Shown here in pieces: positions 55,175-61,909 of a stretch of DNA of 61,909 nucleotides. Origin of the DNA: an uncultured virus (IMG/VR IMGVR_UViG_2061766007_004349). Taxonomy: Duplodnaviria > Heunggongvirae > Uroviricota > Caudoviricetes. Location: the IMG/VR virus record IMGVR_UViG_2061766007_004349. The stretch is one strand, 5' to 3'. How positions within the stretch are numbered: the stretch's first letter is position 1; each line of letters starts with the position of its first letter. The notes under the pieces were generated by a model. The model saw nothing but the letters and a program-made list of their open reading frames with translations. It was not told the DNA's origin and searched no databases. The position numbers were made by a program, and so were the translations under genes.

Positions 55175-56850
55175 TGGGCAGTGCTTCTACCCTTGAAACC
55201 CTTTTTCCCACGAGCTCCACCTCCCTTGTTAGTATGGCATATTACCTCTGTTTTCCTTATTTATCAACACGATATCACGGTATAAACTCGATAAACTCAG
55301 CTTATATTTTTCGAGGAGCACATGATCGATTTTCTCGTAATCGTCCAGGCTGATGATGCCCATTTTCAGCATTCTCCGGGCCTGGGCTATCGCTGAGCAA
55401 TACCCGATGACGTCTTTATTCACAGGTCACACCAGCTTTCCGTGATCGAGCCAGCCCGTAACAGGAGCGGGAGCAATACCGCCCTTGATAAGTGTAGAAG
55501 GTGCGACCGCATAATTCGCAGGTCTGCTCATGAGCCGATGCGCGCCGGGACAGATCCCGGTGTTCATTCCAATAAGCCGCGCGGCAACGGTCACTACAGA
55601 AGGTTTTTATCTTGCCGTGCTGTGTTTGATCCAGGGGAGCACCGCACTGCCTACAGCGGATTTGATCCACTNNNNNNNNNNNNNNNNNNNNNNNNNNNNN
55701 NNNNNNNNNNNNNNNNNNNNNNNNNNNNNCAGTCCTGTGGTTTCCGCGATTGCAGAAAATGAGTATTGCTGCTGTCTCAGGGACAGNNNNNNNNNNTTTT
55801 CCTTCTTTCCGCTGGCACGGGACAGGAAGGATTTGATGGTACCCAAGGGTAGTCCGGTGGTTTCCGCAATTGCAGAAAATGAGTATTGCTGCTGTCTCAG
55901 GGACAGAACTGCTGCCTTTTCTGCCTGTGTCATTTCCAGATTNNNNNNNNNNAATGTTTACACTCGATACATTGCCTTTCGGACGGTTTCAGGTATAATA
56001 AAGNNNNNNNNNNGAACACCACACTGCCTGCAGCAGGTGTGATCAAGCGTGACACGTGGGGCTGATGCCGGGGATTGGGGCTCCTTCTTTTCACCGACAC
56101 GGGACAGAAAAGATTTGATGGTGCCTAGGGGCAGTCCTGTTGTCTCCGCGATTGCTGAAAATGAATATTGCTGCTGTCTCAGGGACAGAACGGCNNNNNN
56201 NNNNTTCATTCCAATAAGCCGCACGGCAACGGTCACTACAGAAGGTTCTGGTCTTTCCGCGCTGCGTCTGATCCAAGGGTGCACCACACTGCCTGCAGCA
56301 GGTGTGATTAAGCGTGACACGTGGGGCTGACGCCTGGACTGGGGATTCCTTCTTTTCACCAACACGGGACAGAAAAGATTTGATGGTGCCCAGGGGCAGT
56401 CCTGTTGTTTCCGCGATTGCTGAAAANNNNNNNNNNGGGAGCAATACCGCCCTTGATAGGTGTAGAAGGTGCGACCGCATTCTTCGCAGGTCTGCTGATG
56501 GGCTGATGCACGCCGGGACAGATCCCGGTGTTCATTCCAATAAGCCGCACGGCAACGGTCACCACAGAAGGTTTTTATCTTACTGTGTTGTGTTTGATCC
56601 AGGGGAGCACCGCACTGCCTGCAGTGGGTTTGATCCATTGTAATGCGTGGTGCCACGACCGGGTCTTCTTTCTTTCCGCTGGCACGGGACAGGAAGGATT
56701 TGATGGTGCCCATGGGTAGTCCAGTGGTTTCTGCGATTGCAGAAAATGAGTATTGCTGTTGTCTCAGGGACAGAACTGCTGCCTTTTCTGCCTGTGTCAT
56801 TTCCAGATTCCTCCGTTCTGAGGATCACCGTCCTCACAACTCACTGGAAA
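55175..56850 (-). repeat. Several variant copies/fragments of the HTH-Zn and SHOCT genes
   Basis: Near-identical fragments, each bounded by N joins. Confidence 0.7.
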
Positions 56851-57041
56851 AAAACAGGCCGTTTGGGCCACCAAAAATGAAAAAAGAGGCAACTCGTGCC
56901 CCCATGTTTTANNNNNNNNNNNNNNNNNNNNNNNNNNNNNNNNNNNNNNNNNNNNNNNNNTGCTATAATAAAGCGTCGCAAGGGCGGACGACCACCGAAT
57001 TAATCTTGGGGCTTCAAAAGTCCCGGAAAGGAGGGGGCCGT

Positions 57042-57113
57042 ATGAAAGAAAAACTTTCTTCCGCTCTGAAAGAGCTCGGCAAGGTCGCAAAGGTTCTCGC
57101 CATTGTGTCCAAG
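57042..57113 (+). CDS. Small amphipathic peptide, truncated by gap
   Basis: TGCTATAAT promoter, AGGAGG RBS; MKEKLSSALKELGKVAKVLAIVSK. Confidence 0.45.
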
Positions 57114-57170
57114 NNNNNNNNNNGTAAGATCGTAAGAATCCAACTGCTTCATGAAAGGAGAGGATGTCGC

Positions 57171-58061
57171 ATGGCCATCTATGTTACGGGAGACACTCAT
57201 GGAAGCCAGTCTCATGGAATGTACTCTATTGATGGCTTCATGCACAGACTCAACACCACTTCCTTCCCTGAGCAGAAAGAACTTGGAAAAGAGGATTATG
57301 TGATCATATGCGGTGACTTCGGCGGCATATGGGATGTAGATCGTTTCCGTGTTCAGGAGTCTCCTTCTGAAAAGGCTGGCTTGGATTGGCTTGAGCAGAA
57401 GCCTTTCACAACCCTTTTTATTCCCGGCAATCATGAGAATTATGACAGGCTGACTGGCTGCTGTGATGACAAGCTGATGAATTCCTGGTTCTATGCAAAG
57501 ATGCCGCCAGAAGAAAAAGAAAAGCTGCGGCAAGGATATCCGCGTGATAAATGGCATGGTGGAAATATCCGTGTGCTCCGGCCTTCAGTTTTCATGCTGG
57601 AGAGAGGGGACATCTTTGTTATTGACGGGAAGTATTGTTTTGCATTTGGCGGTGCCCGGAGCCATGATATCCAGGATGGCATTCTTGATCCAGCCGCCTA
57701 TCCGGATGAAGAGTCCTTCAAGAAAGTATACAGAGCCCGGCGTCATGGAATGATCCGGGTGAAGGGGATTTCGTGGTGGGAAGCGGAGATGCCTTCCCAG
57801 AACGAAATGGAGTATGGCATGAGGAACCTTCGAGCCTTCATGGAAAAACATGAAAAGATAGACTTCGTTTTCACCCACGACGCTCCAGCTTCAGACAAGA
57901 TTTATCTCGGTTACGAAGGAATAGACGAACTGAATCGATACCTTGAGTCACTCCGGGGTATCATGAAGTACGATAAATGGTTCTATGGTCATCTGCATGA
58001 TAACCGCCGGGTCTTTGAAAACAACTTTCTTCTTTATGAACAGATTATCCGAATCAATTAA
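57171..58061 (+). CDS. Calcineurin-like metallophosphoesterase
   Basis: GDTHG, GDFG, GNHE, TH and GHLH motifs. Confidence 0.9.
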   Translation: MAIYVTGDTHGSQSHGMYSIDGFMHRLNTTSFPEQKELGKEDYVIICGDFGGIWDVDRFRVQESPSEKAGLDWLEQKPFTTLFIPGNHENYDRLTGCCDDKLMNSWFYAKMPPEEKEKLRQGYPRDKWHGGNIRVLRPSVFMLERGDIFVIDGKYCFAFGGARSHDIQDGILDPAAYPDEESFKKVYRARRHGMIRVKGISWWEAEMPSQNEMEYGMRNLRAFMEKHEKIDFVFTHDAPASDKIYLGYEGIDELNRYLESLRGIMKYDKWFYGHLHDNRRVFENNFLLYEQIIRIN

Positions 58062-58226
58062 TAAATGTGAATTCCAGCCATGGCGCTGAACAGGGATTAA
58101 AGAGCTCTGCAAAATGGATCATGGAACAGGCGAAGCTTGAGAGTTAACTACAGTTAGTTCTGTATACACAATCATAAAAAGAAGGGAGAAGTATAATCTC
58201 TTCATAGAGAATTATACAATGATCAA

Positions 58227-59267
58227 ATGACACAAGCAAAAGAACATCATAGAATACCTCGGGTATATCTTAAGGCTTGGGGGGATTCCGTCTGGATTTA
58301 TGATAAATCAAAGAAAAAAAGTGAATTCCGCAATATTGAATCGATTTTAAGCAAAAAATACTATCATTCTATATTGCCTGGAGATCTCTTTACTCTACCA
58401 GGATCACTAAATCTGTTTTTCTCATCTTTAGATACATATACTGTTTCCTTGCCAAATGATAATGGCACAGAAATACTGCTGAACAACAAGCAACTCTTAA
58501 ATACTTACTGGTTTGAAAGAGATAGATGGGAAATCAAGGATACAACGGGTAGACTTCTGCCAAAAGCACAAAAGAATCAGCTACTTACTGCTATTTCGCA
58601 AAAGAAAGATAATCAAATAGAAGAAGCCTGGAATAATGAATATGAAACCGTTTGGGAAGATACAATTAGAATAATAAATGAAACGATATTGAACATACAT
58701 TTTTCAAGAAATGGAACAATGAATTATGAGGATGCCCAAAGACTCCTGAAATACTTCACAATGTTTCGGTGGAGAAGTATACAGGGGCCGGAACAGTTGA
58801 AAGAAACATTTGATAGTGTAGTAAACATATTTCCTGAAGAAATCAAAAGCATCGATAGTATTTCACCTGGTCATCATGAAGACAAGTCTTTTATTGATGA
58901 TATTTGGCATGGAATACTGCTGAAGTACTTTTATGAATTCTTATCTGGGAGGGGCCCCATTCAGGAAGAATATGAACATATGCTTGAAAACACTACTTTC
59001 ATTTTCAGAATTGATCCAGTAAAGAGATTGATCACAGCGGACAACCCATGTTTTCAGTACATTGATTCTGAAGGAATAATTTGGCCAACATTCATTGCTC
59101 TTCCTGGCCTTATAGTGCAATTAGCAAAAAAAGATCCAGATCATCCATATGAGTATAGAATAATAGATATGGATGAAAAAGAGGTTAAGGCTTTCAATAC
59201 TATCGTATATGAGAGAGGCAACATAATAATATCATCCAATAAATTGCCCGATGAATTCTGTCGCTAA
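58227..59267 (+). CDS. DUF4238-like protein
   Basis: N-terminal EHHRIPRVYLKAW; LITADNP. Confidence 0.7.
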   Translation: MTQAKEHHRIPRVYLKAWGDSVWIYDKSKKKSEFRNIESILSKKYYHSILPGDLFTLPGSLNLFFSSLDTYTVSLPNDNGTEILLNNKQLLNTYWFERDRWEIKDTTGRLLPKAQKNQLLTAISQKKDNQIEEAWNNEYETVWEDTIRIINETILNIHFSRNGTMNYEDAQRLLKYFTMFRWRSIQGPEQLKETFDSVVNIFPEEIKSIDSISPGHHEDKSFIDDIWHGILLKYFYEFLSGRGPIQEEYEHMLENTTFIFRIDPVKRLITADNPCFQYIDSEGIIWPTFIALPGLIVQLAKKDPDHPYEYRIIDMDEKEVKAFNTIVYERGNIIISSNKLPDEFCR

Positions 59268-59487
59268 TTGAGAGTACCCATCACTGGTCATACATTGTAT
59301 TTTGGATTGAATTCGGATATAATCGAGAAGAGCAACGGGCTGGGGCTTTTGGCAAGGAACTACGATGCAACCCCCCGCCGATNNNNNNNNNNGTGTTCAT
59401 TTTTGCTGGCAGCACTGGCCATACATTGTATTTTGGATTGAATTCAGATATAATAGTGAAGAACAACGGGCTGGGGCTTTTTTACGA

Positions 59488-59585
59488 TGCAACCCCCCGT
59501 CGATGAAATGCAACCCCCTGCAACCCCCTCCGGGAGAGATGCAACCGGTTGCAATTCGGCAGGGGGAAAATGCAACCGGGTTGCA
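59488..59585. repeat. TGCAACC repeat/palindrome cluster
   Basis: Copies at 59488, 59509, 59519, 59540, 59571; last two palindromic. Confidence 0.75.
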
Positions 59586-59606
59586 TTTGTATCAAAATTT
59601 GACTCC

Positions 59607-61104
59607 TTAGCCAAGTGATTCCAAATCCGAACCTGGTTCGGGTTTGGAATCTTCTTTATTTTCAAGGGTTTCGAGGAGGGATTTATGGGAGACCTGCTTA
59701 CCGCCGCGGATATTGTAGAAGATGATGATACGATCATCATAGACGTAAACGGAATTGATGAAGGTATCAACCAGGCGGGAACGGAAAGCCTGATCGGTTG
59801 GATCGCCATCCCGGAAGGTGTATAGCCAGGAGACAACCTCAGACTCGGTGAGGCGGAGGCCCATTGCCACGCGAAGCTTCGCCAGGTCCTTTTCATATTC
59901 GGCTTTCTGTGCTTCCAACTGTTCCATGCGGGCATAGATTTTCTGATGGGCAATCTTGGGGGCGTCAATGAGCGCGTCCACCAGCTTTTCCGCCTCCCGG
60001 TCAATCTGAGCAAGGGCCTTTTCATATTCATCCAGGCGGCTGGAGGAAAACTCTTTATTGTATTCCTGCACGACGGCGGAAGCGATGCGCTTGATATATT
60101 CAGGCGTTAAGATATACTCCATCGTTTGGGAAACGACGAAGGTTTCCAACTCTTCGCGGCGCTCATTCTTCTTTTCGCAGGCATGACGGCGCTTGCGGGC
60201 ATAGCAGGCATAATAGCTATGGACTTTTCCGGTGTGGGACTTCCCGCTTTCGCCAAAGAGCGGAGAACCGCACAGACCGCAGTATGCCTTATTTTGCAGG
60301 AGATAGGGGACGAAAGCTTTCCTGGCGGCGGGGGNNNNNNNNNNNNNNNNNNNNNNNNNNNNNNTTATCGAAGATTTCCCTGGAAATCAGGGGCTGGGAG
60401 CAGCCGGGGATGATCTGGCCCTTGAACACATGATCCCCCACATAGGTGGTCATGCGCAAGGCGTGCTGGAATGAGGTATAACAGAGGGGCTTTCCCCTGG
60501 CATTGCGCACGCCGCGGCGGTTCAATTCGTCGATGATCTTCTTCTTGGGCACCCCTTCGGCATATTGCTCGAAGACGTAGCGAATGATAGGTGCAGTTTT
60601 TTCATCGGCCACCAGTCGATGATCCACCACCTTATACCCATAGGGAACCAGGCCACCGCAGAAATACCCCTTCTCCGCGCTTTCACGCATTCCGCGGCGG
60701 ACATTCTGGGACAGATTGGCGCTGTAATACTCGGCCATGGATTCCAGCAGCCCTTCCAGGATGATGCCCTCGGGGCTATCGGAGATATTTTCTTTTACAG
60801 ACACCACACGGACGCCGTACTTTTTCAGGCGGGCTTTATAAATGGCGCTGTCATAGCGATTGCGGGCGAAGCGATCCAGCTTCCAGACGATGATCATTTC
60901 AAACTGCTTTTTGGCCGCGTCTTCGATCATGCGCTGGAAATCCGGGCGGGCGTCCTTGGTGCCGGTGAGGGCGCGGTCAATATATTCCCCCACGACGGTG
61001 ATGCCCTGCTGCTGCGCCCAGACGTAATTATCCCGAAGCTGGCCCTCGATGGACTGCTCCTGCTGGGAATGGGAGGAATAGCGGGCATAAATCACCGCGT
61101 TCAT
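59607..61104 (-). CDS. Large serine recombinase/integrase (gapped)
   Basis: YARYSS, WKLDRFARN, YSANLS, PYGY, CGLCG zinc ribbon and coiled coil. Confidence 0.9.
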
Positions 61105-61360
61105 GAAAAAACCCCTTTACAAGAGGCCGCGCATATGATATGCTATACACGATCCTCGGTTGATATGGTGTTGGCTGGGATCATCCGTCCCCCGTTAGTG
61201 GGGGGCGGATTTTTTTGCAGTATTTTCTCTATGGACAGGGTAACAAATCCCGCAAGAGCACCGTTTGAATAACGTGGTTCATTGATTGTAATTACCTTTG
61301 TAATTACCTTTTTCATTTTTATCTTCCTTTCATAATTACATAATTATGTTATTTTTCCCT

Positions 61361-61909
61361 CTATCTCGGATTGCACTTTTTACAGGGCACAAAACCCATA
61401 CCAATGACTTCTTCATATGTGCCAAAGTAGTCCACGCGGTTATTATCCTTGATTTTCTTGACCTCCGAACAAGACGGTTTATGGAATTTCCCGGTATTAC
61501 GGTTGAGAACGTATGTTGTGCCAGGTACGGGCGTTGTGGCCGCCGTGGCCTTTGGAGCGGGAGAATTGGCAGGAACCCGCGTGGGGCTTCTGGTTGGCGC
61601 AGGTGTTTTTGATAGATCTGGGAAAGTAAAGGGAGTATACGCAACAGCAGGCGTGCGATAAGGCTCTGTTGGCCCGGGGACAGACGTTGGAATGGGCGTT
61701 TTCGTTGGCGACGGCGTTTTCGTTGGGCTGCTTGTCGGTTTTGGGCTCGATGTCGGCGTCGAATCGGAAACATAAGACCTTACAGCGATACGACTGTTTG
61801 GAGTAGCCGTTGGATAAGAATGCGAAGTTTGATCATCAGCGATAAACCGCGCATAACAAATGATCGCTATTGCCGCTATTAAAATCGTGATAATGCGCTT
61901 AACCTTCAT
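61361..61909 (-). CDS. Membrane-anchored Pro/Thr-rich protein with Ada-like metal-binding C-terminus
   Basis: N-terminal TM, PT linker, YVLNRNTGKFHKPSC...PCKKCNP. Confidence 0.7.
   Translation of the reverse strand: MKVKRIITILIAAIAIICYARFIADDQTSHSYPTATPNSRIAVRSYVSDSTPTSSPKPTSSPTKTPSPTKTPIPTSVPGPTEPYRTPAVAYTPFTFPDLSKTPAPTRSPTRVPANSPAPKATAATTPVPGTTYVLNRNTGKFHKPSCSEVKKIKDNNRVDYFGTYEEVIGMGFVPCKKCNPR

Noticed and set aside
54534..56850. True tandem amplification or DGR template/variable repeats
   Set aside because: Every copy is bounded by N joins, differences are not adenine-specific, and no reverse transcriptase is seen.
59281..59500. ~100-bp direct repeat as an ncRNA pair
   Set aside because: Two variants either side of a 10-N join; probably allelic.

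Overview
Heavily gapped, metagenome-style scaffold from a GC-rich Clostridia-like (Bacillota) organism, almost entirely mobilome. Many 10-N joins separate near-identical allelic fragments, so adjacency across these joins is not trustworthy. (1) 1-15.5 kb: replication/accessory module of a siphophage-like integrated element (class II GATase, compact MetK, DUF1492-like activator, SNF2 helicase, VRR-NUC, primase/DUF3987, family A DNA polymerase, DUF2815, DUF2800). (2) 16-19.6 kb: AT-rich cargo, one gene cleanly broken by an IS630. (3) 20-27 kb: short contigs (IS21/IS5 pieces, partial tRNA-Val, tRNA-Ser att remnant, tail genes). (4) 27-29.5 kb: MobC/relaxase/TnpW mobilisation module. (5) 29.6-47.6 kb: a nearly contiguous co-oriented defence island: ABC three-component (Lamassu-like) trio, HTH, SNF2-DUF3883, DUF1156 methyltransferase, HEPN-DUF499 ATPase, an unknown 570-aa coiled-coil/RelE-like protein and an SF1 helicase with degenerate PLD and Zn ribbons. 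(6) 48-53 kb: sigma-like gene with a structured leader, then a DinB/XRE-S24/LexA-HTH/SLOG cassette. (7) 53-62 kb: serine recombinase clusters, metallophosphoesterase and DUF4238. Best leads: the extended DUF499 defence operon; a Gly-TGA-Gly insertion inside the SNF2 Walker A (candidate recoding); recurring att-like TAAGGA-N5-ATTTTGATACAAA sites followed by palindrome arrays; and a two-state RNA leader. Family names come from motif recognition, not database searches.
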